Positions 1 through 8,670 of a stretch of 24,000 bases of DNA are shown here, piece by piece; position 1 is the first letter of the stretch; each line of letters begins with the position of its first letter. The notes below the pieces were generated by a model. The model was not told where the DNA came from, ran no database searches, and worked only from the letters and a program-made list of their open reading frames with translations. The translations under genes and the position numbers were made by a program. Source of the stretch: Lacticaseibacillus zeae DSM 20178 = KCTC 3804 (GTDB lineage: Bacteria > Bacillota > Bacilli > Lactobacillales > Lactobacillaceae); NCBI RefSeq assembly GCF_000260435.1, contig NZ_BACQ01000062.1, positions 83,330-107,329 on the forward strand, in the 5' to 3' direction.

Positions 1-127
1 CATGGTTAGACGTATTGTGACTGACTATGAAGCAACGCTGACAACGGGATTGAGTGCTGCCGAAAAGGTCGCCTTTAAACAGATGCTTGATGTGCTGAAC
101 AAAACGGAAAAGGGGTCGGAACTTTGA
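1..127 (+). CDS. 3' end of a gene running in from upstream, possibly the C-terminus of a MarR-family regulator (partial)
   Basis: The frame is open from nt 2 to the TGA at 125-127. It translates as MVRRIVTDYEATLTTGLSAAEKVAFKQMLDVLNKTEKGSEL. The ending resembles MarR-type C-terminal helices, but only about 41 codons are visible. Confidence 0.35.
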   Translation, partial: MVRRIVTDYEATLTTGLSAAEKVAFKQMLDVLNKTEKGSEL

Positions 128-687
128 AAAATGAATTCATGAACTTACTGCCTATTCCCCAAGACTTTTATGTGGTTGAAACCGATGTCCGCAAACGCAA
201 TAGGGCGAGTGTCACGGTCGAACGGTATCAAAACACCGATGACATCACGCCCAACAACAAACATCTGACCGTGGTCACCGATCAAAAAGGCCACTTGATC
301 AGCTTCAACTCAAGTGCCTTCAAAAACGGTGGACACTTGCCAGATGCTGACAAAGCTCTGCAGCAAGCGATCACTTTGTTCAATCAACTTGATCCCGACT
401 ACGCGGCCGGCTTGAGCTACATGCGTACCGAGCGGCAGGAGCGGCATTATGAAGACAACGGCGTGCATGTTTCGGCACCGGTTTACTGGATCAAATTTGC
501 CCACCGGAACGGATCCTACAACTGGGTCACCATCGGGCCAGACAACCAAGTGATCGAAGTCGAACGCGAATCGTTGTGGGATTATTTTCGCAATCGGCGC
601 GCGACGGAGATGTGGAACAACGACAACTGGGTCTTGGCTAGAGAAGGCAAGGCGCCACAGTTGTCAGCACCGGACGCGTTGGCGTAA
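124..687 (+). CDS. hypothetical protein (187 aa), no family recognised
   Basis: Long ORF with the G/C-ending codon bias of the flank. AAGGGG lies about 8 nt upstream of the TTG at 124, and ATG 139 is an alternative start. The start overlaps the stop of the preceding gene. Confidence 0.6.
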   Translation: MKNEFMNLLPIPQDFYVVETDVRKRNRASVTVERYQNTDDITPNNKHLTVVTDQKGHLISFNSSAFKNGGHLPDADKALQQAITLFNQLDPDYAAGLSYMRTERQERHYEDNGVHVSAPVYWIKFAHRNGSYNWVTIGPDNQVIEVERESLWDYFRNRRATEMWNNDNWVLAREGKAPQLSAPDALA

Positions 688-701
688 AGAGGTGAAGCCA
701 T

Positions 702-917
702 ATGGCAAAGCCGGATTTTGACACACTGATCAGGCGGCTGGGCGATTTGCAAGAAGAGGCCCGCCGTCTGGAAGAAGAGGACTATATCAGTGCGCGGTAC
801 AAAGGGTATAGTTCGGAGGGCCTCACTTTGGAAGAGGTGATGGCGCGGTTGAAAAAAGTCGAACGCGAGATTGCCAAGTTGGAAGAGCGGTTGACGCGTT
901 TGGATGATGAGGTGTAG
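702..917 (+). CDS. small charged coiled-coil hypothetical protein (71 aa)
   Basis: ATG is preceded by AGAGGTGAAG. The protein has a heptad-like E/R/L-rich sequence (LQEEARRLEEE ... EREIAKLEERLTRLDDE) and the same codon bias as the neighbouring gene. Confidence 0.5.
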   Translation: MAKPDFDTLIRRLGDLQEEARRLEEEDYISARYKGYSSEGLTLEEVMARLKKVEREIAKLEERLTRLDDEV

Positions 918-1160
918 CGCTTTGTGATCATGGCTTAAGATGATCGGCGTTAGCTTGATACTTTATGCGGGTTTTAGTTGAAAAAAACGAGGCATAACGA
1001 TATTCTTTTTGTAGAGTAGAGTACTGAATGTCATTCGAAGGTCACCGCGGCTTAGTCACCCGCATATTGATAGATCGTTCGAATGCTTAGACGCCTTACA
1101 GCGTATTTGTAAGCATACTTGGCTACCGCTAATAACATTATTAATGCAGTGTAAGAATTT

Positions 1161-1190
1161 GGCCCAGCTCAAAAAGAACTGGGCCTTTTT
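1161..1190 (+). terminator. rho-independent terminator-like hairpin with no obvious upstream gene
   Basis: GGCCCAG (1161-1167) pairs with CTGGGCC (1179-1185) and is followed by TTTTT (1186-1190). Confidence 0.45.
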
Positions 1191-1329
1191 GCGTAAAGTG
1201 AATTTCGGTGAGTTACGTGACATTGTGAAAGAATTTCAGCTACTGGCAAAACGTTGTTATATAGAGGCATTTCGAAACTTCATAACACATCAATTGCTTA
1301 AAACCTGATAGAGCTAACAAAAGACGGCA

Positions 1330-1343
1330 TGAAAACGGATTCA
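1330..1343. promoter_or_regulatory. cre-like box (candidate CcpA site) upstream of module A
   Basis: TGAAAACGGATTCA has one mismatch to the cre consensus TGWAANCGNTNWCA. It overlaps the candidate -35 element. Confidence 0.4.
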
Positions 1344-1368
1344 ATTAATGAAGACATGCCTCTAAAAT
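1340..1368 (+). promoter_or_regulatory. candidate SigA promoter for module A
   Basis: TTCAAT (1340-1345), a 17-nt spacer, then TAAAAT (1363-1368), about 40 nt upstream of ATG 1408. An alternative is TGTTATATA, an extended -10 at 1255-1263. Confidence 0.35.
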
Positions 1369-1407
1369 AATGGTTGTAGAAGTTCAGAAGCGGAAAGAGG
1401 TGAATCA

Positions 1408-3480
1408 ATGAACAAAAGGGAAGCACGCATCCTCTCAGAAATCATCCGTCATCCCAAGATAGACTCCATTAAGTTACAACAAATGATGGGCTTAACGGGA
1501 CGACAACTTTCATATTCTATAGGTCACATCAACGACGCTTTGAATGAACAAGGCTTGCCTGCCGTTAAGAAGTTAGGAGATGGTTCTTTACAAGTAAAGG
1601 ATGAAGTATTTAGATTCTTGGCCAAGTCAGATGATGCTTTTAAATTCGATAATTACCATGAAGAAGAGGAGCGAATGTACCTCACCTTACTATATTTGTT
1701 AACAACTTCAGACAATGTTTCCTTGAATCACGTTGTTGATTATCTGGGCATCAGCAAGACAACTGCTGAGAAGGATATTAGGCGAACAAGATCGTTTTTG
1801 AAGCAGAGACACGAGATGCTTCTGAAATATACCCGAACTAACGGTTACTTCATTCAGGGCTCAGAGGTAGCTCAACGATTAGTGCTAAATGATACCGTTT
1901 TGAACTTACAACAATACTCAGATAGCCAGGATGTGATTTCGAAAACATCTCGTGTAGGGATTGAAGAGGTTGTGCACTATGCACGAGAAGTGGAGAAGCA
2001 TCTTGATGTTACCTATTCTGATGATGCTTTCGTTACACTGGTAAATACACTTGCCGTTAATATTACAAGGAACTTATCAGGGAGAGTTAAAGATTCAAAA
2101 TACTTTGATGATGAGTTAACGGATACCACTGAATTGGCTTCAATAACCTCCGCCACTAATCCTGATTGGGTTCGTTCTAAAGCAGACTTAGAATGGCTGA
2201 CGCTGATATTCTTGTCTTCCAATACCTTGAGAGGTGCGTTTCAGGACGAACAAAGTCCGATCTTATCAGCCGTTGAGAAAATGGTAAATCAATTTGAACA
2301 GGATACTTTGGTAAAGATCCCTAATCGAAAAGCTTTTGATAAACAGCTACTGGCTCACTTAAGACCAGCCTACTTCCGAGTCAAGTACGGCATGCACTTG
2401 GCAAATATCGGAGTTGATAAGGTGTTTCGAGAAGACTCTTGGCACAAAATGCTCTTTGAGACTGTTAAGAATGATTTGAAACCATTGGAGAAGCTTGTAG
2501 GGAAAAGCTTTCCAACAGAAGAAGTTAAGTTGATTACCTTTTATTTTGGAGGTGTTCTCGAAAGCCGGAAGCAGCCAGATAATAATCAGCACCGCGCTGC
2601 AGTCGTTTGTACAAATGGAATTATATCAGCGCGTTTAATGTTTGAACATTTAGTTCGTTTGTTTCCGGAAATCACTTTTCTGTCCGCAACGTCCGTTCAT
2701 GACTTTGAAGCCTTTGATAGGGATTATGATCTTGTGTTTTCAACGGTTCCTCTTAACACACACGCAAGACAATACATTATTCACCCTTTGATGACAACGG
2801 AAGAGTCAATAAATCTTAGGTTTCGAGTTTTAAACGATTTAGGAATCAGCACGCAACAAGGATCAGTTGATCAAGTTCTACAGATTGTTAAGAAGCATGC
2901 CACAGTACGTGATGCTAAGGGATTGAAAAATGACATCTTAGCGTGGCTAGTGAAGTCAAATATTTCCCAAGATGAGGAGACTAAGGAGTCGCAACTGCCG
3001 TCGCTCAAGCACTACCTTAAACCGGAGTTGGTCCAAGTAGTTGATGCCAGTATGGACTGGGAGAAAGCACTCCGTTTCTCAGTTGCGCCATTGCTTGATA
3101 GAGGTATAGTTACGCAGCACTTTGAAGACGTCTTAGTCAAACAAACCAAAGATCCAAGGTCGTTTGCTTTTTTAGGCACCCGCATGGCAATTCCACATAC
3201 GTTGCCAGAGAATGGTGCACTAAGCGAGGCGTTTGGTTTCAGCATTTTTAAAACGCCTGTATTATTCCCGGGAAAAGAAGCCATATCAATTATCGTCCCA
3301 ATCTCGTTGCGCGATACAACTAGACATTTGCGGGCAATCCAACAGCTTAGTCGTATTGCAGAAGATACAGAGCTGATTGATAAATTAATTAACACTAACA
3401 GCTCAGAAGTTGCATATCATTTGATCTTGGAAAACATACAGGATCAAAAGAAACAAGGAGGGTTAAAACTTGAATATTGA
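1408..3480 (+). CDS. PRD-domain transcriptional activator with EIIB(Gat)-like and EIIA(Mtl/Fru)-like domains (MtlR/LicR/ManR class)
   Basis: 690-aa ORF with GAAAGAGG upstream of the ATG. It has N-terminal HTH and Mga-like HTH segments and PRD-like segments (e.g. LLAHLRPAYFRVKYG). An EIIB-like segment carries a Cys (AAVVCTNGIISARL). A C-terminal EIIA type-2-like segment carries MAIPHT. Confidence 0.9.
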   Translation: MNKREARILSEIIRHPKIDSIKLQQMMGLTGRQLSYSIGHINDALNEQGLPAVKKLGDGSLQVKDEVFRFLAKSDDAFKFDNYHEEEERMYLTLLYLLTTSDNVSLNHVVDYLGISKTTAEKDIRRTRSFLKQRHEMLLKYTRTNGYFIQGSEVAQRLVLNDTVLNLQQYSDSQDVISKTSRVGIEEVVHYAREVEKHLDVTYSDDAFVTLVNTLAVNITRNLSGRVKDSKYFDDELTDTTELASITSATNPDWVRSKADLEWLTLIFLSSNTLRGAFQDEQSPILSAVEKMVNQFEQDTLVKIPNRKAFDKQLLAHLRPAYFRVKYGMHLANIGVDKVFREDSWHKMLFETVKNDLKPLEKLVGKSFPTEEVKLITFYFGGVLESRKQPDNNQHRAAVVCTNGIISARLMFEHLVRLFPEITFLSATSVHDFEAFDRDYDLVFSTVPLNTHARQYIIHPLMTTEESINLRFRVLNDLGISTQQGSVDQVLQIVKKHATVRDAKGLKNDILAWLVKSNISQDEETKESQLPSLKHYLKPELVQVVDASMDWEKALRFSVAPLLDRGIVTQHFEDVLVKQTKDPRSFAFLGTRMAIPHTLPENGALSEAFGFSIFKTPVLFPGKEAISIIVPISLRDTTRHLRAIQQLSRIAEDTELIDKLINTNSSEVAYHLILENIQDQKKQGGLKLEY

Positions 3481-4093
3481 CAATTATCCAAAGGTTACAA
3501 CAATCATGCGCGGATACACCTATGAAGAAGCTATGGCTGTTATAAAAGTGTTGTCTTCATTTAATCACCAAGTCGGGGTCGAAGTGACAACTAACAATCC
3601 AGATTATTTGAAGATCATTCATGATGGTAATGAAAAGTATGGGGACGAGGTTGATATTGGTGTAGGTACGGTCTTAAATGCCGGACAGGCCTCGTCTGCC
3701 ATTGCATCCGGCGCTAAGTTCATGCTAGGGCCAGCAGTATTCACACCTGATATTTTCAAAATTGCACGTGATGCCAAAGTTGTTACAGTTCCTGCTGCTA
3801 TGACACCATCTGAGGTTGTTAAGATGCTTGACTTAGGCGCTAACATTGTCAAACTATTTCCCGCATCAACACTCGGCCCCAGTTTCTTTAAAGCCATCCA
3901 GGGTCCCTTGGGTAAACAAAGATTGATGGCCGTTGGAGGTATCAATGTAAAGAACGCAAGAGAGTTTTTTGAAAATGGTGCAAGTTATCTCGGCGTTGGT
4001 AGCAGCATGTTTAATCATAAAGACGTGGAGAACAACAACGTTGAAGGCCTAAAAAAGTCTGTCAAAGCTTTTCTTGAGACAGTGCCTGAGTAG
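3470..4093 (+). CDS. KDPG/KDPGal-type class I aldolase (Eda/DgoA family)
   Basis: Motifs seen: GVGTVLN, VPAAMTPSEV, VKLFPAS (Schiff-base Lys context) and VGGIN. The TTG start follows AAGGAGGG and overlaps the regulator stop by 11 nt. Confidence 0.85.
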   Translation: MNIDNYPKVTTIMRGYTYEEAMAVIKVLSSFNHQVGVEVTTNNPDYLKIIHDGNEKYGDEVDIGVGTVLNAGQASSAIASGAKFMLGPAVFTPDIFKIARDAKVVTVPAAMTPSEVVKMLDLGANIVKLFPASTLGPSFFKAIQGPLGKQRLMAVGGINVKNAREFFENGASYLGVGSSMFNHKDVENNNVEGLKKSVKAFLETVPE

Positions 4094-4103
4094 GAGGTGC
4101 AAT

Positions 4104-4568
4104 ATGCAGGTGGAGGAACTTGTAAGTGATGCGGATATCTTCATTGATCAAGAATTCCAGGATGAACAAGAGTATTTCGAGATGGTGGCTACGCACTTAT
4201 TGGAGGAAAGAAAAGTAAAAACAAGTTTCTTAGAAAATATTCTCCAACGAGAAAAAGACTATCCAACCGGATTAAATACGGGGGAAATTAAAGTCGCTAT
4301 TCCGCACACGGATTACACAAACGCAAATACCACTCAGCTTGTTGTAACCACGTTTAAAAGCCCAGTTGGTTTTCATCAAATGGATGATCCTGATTATGTT
4401 ATTCCAGTAAATCTAGCAATTATGATTTTGTTCGATAATCCAGAGAAACAGCCTCAAATGTTGAAGTACATCATGGAGATCGTTCAAAGTCAGACTAATT
4501 TACGCGAAATTATCAACACAAAAAATGTTAAGTCTATGAAACAACTTTTCGAAGAATTTGGAGGTTAA
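4104..4568 (+). CDS. PTS EIIA component, type 2 (Gat/Fru/Mtl class)
   Basis: Contains the VAIPHTD phospho-His motif. ATG 4104 follows AGGAGG, so the track start at 4074 looks like an unsupported extension. Confidence 0.85.
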   Translation: MQVEELVSDADIFIDQEFQDEQEYFEMVATHLLEERKVKTSFLENILQREKDYPTGLNTGEIKVAIPHTDYTNANTTQLVVTTFKSPVGFHQMDDPDYVIPVNLAIMILFDNPEKQPQMLKYIMEIVQSQTNLREIINTKNVKSMKQLFEEFGG

Positions 4569-4572
4569 GATT

Positions 4573-4875
4573 ATGGCCACTCAAAAAACAGTAATTGTTT
4601 GCTGTGCTTCATCGATGATTACTTCAACGATGGCAGCAGGGAAAGTTCGTGAAATTGCATCAGAAAACGGTCTGCCAGAACCGAATATCATTCAGTGCAA
4701 ATTTTCTGAAGTTGAAGGCGAATTAAACACGAACAATGTTGATTTTATTGTTCCAACGGGCCACCTTGATGAGACTGTTACTCATGGTGTTAAGACTATC
4801 AGTGGCACCCCCTTTGTTACTGGTGTTAATGAAGATAAAGCTTCAAATGAGATTTTAGCTGCTTTGGAGGCTTAA
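4573..4875 (+). CDS. PTS EIIB component, galactitol (GatB) type
   Basis: About 100 aa with an N-terminal Cys loop (KTVIVCCASSMITSTMAA). IIQCKFSEVE and GTPFVTGV resemble E. coli GatB as I recall it. ATG 4573 follows GGAGG. Confidence 0.85.
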   Translation: MATQKTVIVCCASSMITSTMAAGKVREIASENGLPEPNIIQCKFSEVEGELNTNNVDFIVPTGHLDETVTHGVKTISGTPFVTGVNEDKASNEILAALEA

Positions 4876-4912
4876 TGCCTGTAGCAAGATAAAAGGAGAG
4901 GTGGGATTTCTA

Positions 4913-6196
4913 ATGCAGGGTGTTGTTGATCTTTTAAACTGGATTAGTAAATTAGGCCCTATGGTTATGATGCCGATCATTATCTTTATTCTTGGCCTAA
5001 TCTTTAGAGTCAAGTTGAATATCCTAATTAAATCTGCTTTAACGATTGGCGTAGGCTTTGCTGGGGTTACCATTGTTATCAACTGGTTTGTTGCGCAAGT
5101 GGGTCCGTCAGTTCATCGAATGGTTAATAACTGGGGGATTCAAACCTCAATCATGGATGTGGGCTGGCCGGCCCGTGCAGCAGCAACATGGGCTTTTCCA
5201 CTTGCCGCCGTTGTTGTATTTCTGGTTCTGGGCGTCAACGCTTTAATGCTGCTCACGAAAATGACAAATACTGTCATGGTTGATTTCTGGAGCTATAACC
5301 ATTATATCTTTACGGGCGCCATTGTATGGTACGTGACGAAGAGTGCAACTATTTCTTTAATTGCGTCAGCTCTTGATGCAGCAATCAGTTTTAAACTCGC
5401 TGATTGGACAGCACCACTAGCACAAAAGTATTTTGGGATTGAAGATGTAACTTTTCCCACCGCTAATTCAGTCGCATGGGCACCCGTAGCGTGGGCGCTA
5501 AATAAGCTATGGGACATTATTCCCGGTATTAATAAGATTGACGCTCGTCCTGAAAAGATCCAAAAGAAATTCGGCTTTGTCGGAGAGCCTTTATTTATGG
5601 GTTTTTTAATTGGACTTTTAATAGGGGCACTTGCGGAAGACCCGATTGGCAATATTTTAATTGTCGGTATGAGTACTTCTGCGACAATGCTATTGACACC
5701 AAAAATGATGCAAATTCTTATGCAGGGACTAATTCCCTTTGCCAACGCTATTAAAGGACTACTCAATAAAAGATTTCCAAATAATAAATTCACAATTGGC
5801 GTTGATGCAGCGTTAACAGTTGCTAATTCATCTGCCATTGCGTGTGGCATCTTGATGGTTCCTATTACCCTGGTGTTGGCGGCGGTGCTTCCAGGTAATA
5901 AACTGCTTCCTATTTCCGATATTGCATACCAAGCTATGTGGTTATCTGCTTGGCCGGTAGCATTCGGTAAGGGCAACATCTTCCGTGGTCTACTGTCAAC
6001 GATAGTGATTACTTGCTGTGTTCTATGGATTGCAACATCTTTTGCGCCTGTTCATACACAGTTGGCCCTAGCTGGCGGATTCAAGATGGCAAAAGGTATG
6101 TCAATGGTTTCAACGGAAGATTCCGGGACTCACTTAATCACTTGGATCTTTTACAAGATTGCTCAATTCTTAAAAGTTGTATTTCCCGCAATATAA
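4913..6196 (+). CDS. PTS EIIC permease, galactitol (GatC) family
   Basis: Polytopic membrane protein with GatC-like blocks: LGPMVMMPIIIF, DVGWP, KFGFVGEP, LPGNKLLPISDIA, LWIATS. ATG 4913 follows AAGGAGAGG. Confidence 0.9.
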   Translation: MQGVVDLLNWISKLGPMVMMPIIIFILGLIFRVKLNILIKSALTIGVGFAGVTIVINWFVAQVGPSVHRMVNNWGIQTSIMDVGWPARAAATWAFPLAAVVVFLVLGVNALMLLTKMTNTVMVDFWSYNHYIFTGAIVWYVTKSATISLIASALDAAISFKLADWTAPLAQKYFGIEDVTFPTANSVAWAPVAWALNKLWDIIPGINKIDARPEKIQKKFGFVGEPLFMGFLIGLLIGALAEDPIGNILIVGMSTSATMLLTPKMMQILMQGLIPFANAIKGLLNKRFPNNKFTIGVDAALTVANSSAIACGILMVPITLVLAAVLPGNKLLPISDIAYQAMWLSAWPVAFGKGNIFRGLLSTIVITCCVLWIATSFAPVHTQLALAGGFKMAKGMSMVSTEDSGTHLITWIFYKIAQFLKVVFPAI

Positions 6197-6234
6197 AGGT
6201 GTAACAGCAAGTCTTTTTAAGGAGGTTACTAAGT

Positions 6235-7380
6235 TTGAAGATTTCTGATATTAATATATACAAAGTTAAACCACGCTGGATTTTTGTAAAGTTGTCGACT
6301 GACGAGGGCATTTCTGGCTGGGGAGAGATGATTTCTGGCACCAAGACCGAAACAGTAGTCGCTGGTGGATATGAAATCGGCAAAAAGTTAATTGGTCGCA
6401 ATCCATTTGAGATTGAGCGTTTGTGGCAAGAAATGCACCGCTCCTTTTTCCGCGGAGGTCCTATTAATGGCACGATTATCTCTGGTCTTGAAATGGCACT
6501 CTGGGACATTAAAGGGAAGGCACTAGACTTGCCTGTTTATGAATTACTTGGTGGCGCTGCGCGTGATCGCATTCGAGTCTATTCATGGATTGGCGGAGAT
6601 CGGCCTTCCGATGTAGCCGAGCAAGCTCAAGCTAGGGTAGATAAAGGATTTACAGCAATCAAGATGAATGCAACTTCAGAGATGCATTACATCGATTCTT
6701 ATAATAAAGTTCAAGCAGTTGTTGATCGTGTCGCTTCTATTCGGGATCAGGTCGGTGACAAACTTGAAATCGGCATAGATTTTCATGGACGTGTCCATCG
6801 TCCAATGGCTAAAGTGCTTGCACATGCTCTAGAACCATATCATCCGATGTTTTTGGAAGAAGTCGTTCTGCCAGAAAACTGGGATTCTTTCGATGACATT
6901 GCTCGAGAAGTTTCTATTCCACTTGCTACCGGGGAACGTTTATATACACGTTGGGCATTCAAGAATCTCTTCCAGCAAGGAGCAATTGATATTGTCCAAC
7001 CTGATGTTGCAATGTGTGGGGGTATCTTGGAAACAAGAAAAATTGCCGCTATGGCCGAAGCTTATGATATGGCCTGTGCTCCCCATGCTCCCTATGGTCC
7101 GGTTTCGCTTGCGGCCACACTGCAAGTGGATGCCTGCACGCCTAATGTATTTATTCAGGAACAAAGTTTGGGAATTCACTATAATCAAGGGTTTGATTTG
7201 CTTGATTTTGTTAAGAACAAGGAAATCTTCCAGTATAAAAACAGCTATGTCGAATTGCCAAAAGGCCCCGGCTTAGGTATTGATATGGATGAGGACAAAA
7301 TCAAGAAGGTTGCTCAAGAGGGTCTAGTATGGAACAATCCTTCCTGGAAAAATTACGATGGTACTATTGCCGAATGGTAG
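6235..7380 (+). CDS. dgoD: D-galactonate dehydratase-like enzyme (enolase superfamily, DgoD family)
   Basis: Collinear with E. coli DgoD as I recall it. Shared blocks: PRW.F.K..TDEG..GWGE, ALWDIKGK, YSW.GGDRP.DV, DFHGRV..PMAKVL, LEPY.P.F.EE, QPD....GGI, MAEAYD...APH.P.GP, QEQS.GIHYN.G..LLDFVKNKE and a C-terminal DG..AEW. TTG start lies 9 nt after GGAGG. Confidence 0.9.
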   Translation: MKISDINIYKVKPRWIFVKLSTDEGISGWGEMISGTKTETVVAGGYEIGKKLIGRNPFEIERLWQEMHRSFFRGGPINGTIISGLEMALWDIKGKALDLPVYELLGGAARDRIRVYSWIGGDRPSDVAEQAQARVDKGFTAIKMNATSEMHYIDSYNKVQAVVDRVASIRDQVGDKLEIGIDFHGRVHRPMAKVLAHALEPYHPMFLEEVVLPENWDSFDDIAREVSIPLATGERLYTRWAFKNLFQQGAIDIVQPDVAMCGGILETRKIAAMAEAYDMACAPHAPYGPVSLAATLQVDACTPNVFIQEQSLGIHYNQGFDLLDFVKNKEIFQYKNSYVELPKGPGLGIDMDEDKIKKVAQEGLVWNNPSWKNYDGTIAEW

Positions 7381-7392
7381 GAGGCGTTCACT

Positions 7393-8301
7393 TTGATTAA
7401 TTCAGTGTGCGGAAAAATTCCAGAATCGGCACTTGGGACAACTTATATACATGAGCATCTCTATGTGTATCCAAGTGAGCAGTTGAAATATTATGATTAC
7501 ACTATAGATGATATCGACAAGGCAACCGCTGAAGCAATTTCTTTTAAGAATGCTGGTGGGAACACATTGGTGGATCTCACTCCTATCAACTATGGCAGAA
7601 GTCCTATGCTGCTAAAGAAAATAGCACAGGCCGCTAATATTAACGTGCTGTGCATTACTGGTTTTCATAAAGAAGAGTTTCAACCCAAATGGCTCCCCGA
7701 AATGAGCAATCAAGAAATTTATGACTTTTTAGTTCATGAAATTTCAGTGGGTATTGGCTTCGATAAGATAAAACCTGCAGCCATGAAGCTTGGAACTAGC
7801 TACAATACAGTCACCGAAGCTGAAAAAAGGATTATTGATATCGAAGGAAATGTTCAGCGGGACACACACATTCCTATGATTACCCATTGTGATAAGGGTA
7901 CTATGGGAATCGAACAACTTAAAGGTCTTAAGGCGGCGGGAGCGGATCTTAGTCACGTTTGCTTGAGCCATGTCGATCTTGCTGAAGATGTTGATTACAT
8001 CGAAAGCATTGCTGACATGGGAGCTAGTGTCAGCTTTGATCACATCGGGCGACACTTGGAAGATCACGACGCATTGAGAGTGAAGATGCTGACCAAGTTG
8101 GTTAAAGATGGCTATGGTGATCATGTTTGTTTGGCTGGCGATATGGGACGTAAAAAGTATTACCTGTCTTACGGTGGGCGTCCAGGACTTAAGTACATCC
8201 TTACTGATCTGAGGTCTGAACTAGTTCAACATGTGGGGAATGAAGCCTTCGAAAAAATGGTGACCACAAATCCTCAAAGAATCTTAATAAAGGAACGGTA
8301 G
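7393..8301 (+). CDS. phosphotriesterase-homology protein (amidohydrolase cog1735), predicted phospho-sugar lactonase
   Basis: Motifs seen: YIHEHL (H20/H22), AAMKLGTS with K132 at the position of the carboxylated Lys of PTE-like lactonases, ITHCD, LSHVDL and LAGDMG. TTG start follows AGGAGG. Confidence 0.85.
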   Translation: MINSVCGKIPESALGTTYIHEHLYVYPSEQLKYYDYTIDDIDKATAEAISFKNAGGNTLVDLTPINYGRSPMLLKKIAQAANINVLCITGFHKEEFQPKWLPEMSNQEIYDFLVHEISVGIGFDKIKPAAMKLGTSYNTVTEAEKRIIDIEGNVQRDTHIPMITHCDKGTMGIEQLKGLKAAGADLSHVCLSHVDLAEDVDYIESIADMGASVSFDHIGRHLEDHDALRVKMLTKLVKDGYGDHVCLAGDMGRKKYYLSYGGRPGLKYILTDLRSELVQHVGNEAFEKMVTTNPQRILIKER

Positions 8302-8379
8302 TCAAAGATTCATTGTACCAACACGCGTATAGGTTCGACAAAAAGCTTTTAAGCAATTGAAAAATACAGAAATGCTAAG

Positions 8380-8428
8380 TGGCATGAGTGGTGAGTTTAT
8401 TCTATCCATTCATGCCATTTCTGGTTCT
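8380..8428 (+). terminator. weak terminator-like hairpin after module A
   Basis: TGGCATGA (8380-8387) pairs with TCATGCCA (8410-8417) across a large 22-nt loop, followed by TTTCTGGTTCT. Confidence 0.3.
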
Positions 8429-8638
8429 AGCGGCCCTTATAGCAAAAAGAGAAAGACAACCGTGTAAAGTTTATCCCACCGCACGCCTGTAATTTGGTTA
8501 CTAAATGGCAAAAAGCTCTTAAATATTTGGATCAATTTGACCAGAATTTGCGAAATGCTATTAATACAGTGATTTTTCTGTGAAGTGCGCTTTGTTGTTG
8601 CCCCAAAATTAAAAGACCCCAAAAAAATTAGCACAAAA

Positions 8639-8652
8639 TGTTTGCGCTTACA
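8639..8652. promoter_or_regulatory. cre-like box upstream of module B
   Basis: TGTTTGCGCTTACA has a perfect right half and two mismatches in the left half against TGWAANCGNTNWCA. It overlaps the candidate -35 element. Confidence 0.4.
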
Positions 8653-8670
8653 AAATTCTTGGGGTATTAT
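8642..8670 (+). promoter_or_regulatory. candidate SigA promoter for module B
   Basis: TTGCGC (8642-8647), a 17-nt spacer, then TATTAT (8665-8670). Confidence 0.4.

Noticed and set aside
310-549. 79-aa minus-strand ORF within the 124..687 gene. Similar antisense or alternative-frame ORFs occur at 2013..2222, 2359..2592, 3012..3395, 3619..3945, 4855..5082, 5058..5246, 6013..6204, 6138..6509, 6893..7276, 6940..7188, 7744..8124, 8704..8976, 11023..11226, 11153..11374, 12798..13010, 12815..12997, 13246..13440, 13322..13507, 14886..15119, 14914..15147, 15609..15962, 16429..16659, 16488..16832, 16700..16945, 18420..18719, 19047..19340, 19610..19855, 21505..21711, 22666..22950, 22947..23171, 23244..23468, 23684..23956 and 23701..23949
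   Set aside because: All are embedded in, or largely overlap, stronger same-locus genes with recognisable families. None has a convincing RBS or a recognisable motif.
4074-4103. N-terminal extensions offered by the ORF track (4074, 4558, 4901, 13853, 15565, 17768, 20000)
   Set aside because: In each case an internal ATG sits 6-10 nt after a clear GGAGG-type RBS. The extension would contain that RBS or overlap the previous gene. The shorter starts also align better with the N-termini of known homologues.
5302-5979. 225-aa ORF on the minus strand inside the EIIC gene
   Set aside because: It lies entirely antisense to a well-supported GatC-family permease gene. It has no RBS and its composition is low-complexity. 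It is a typical shadow ORF.
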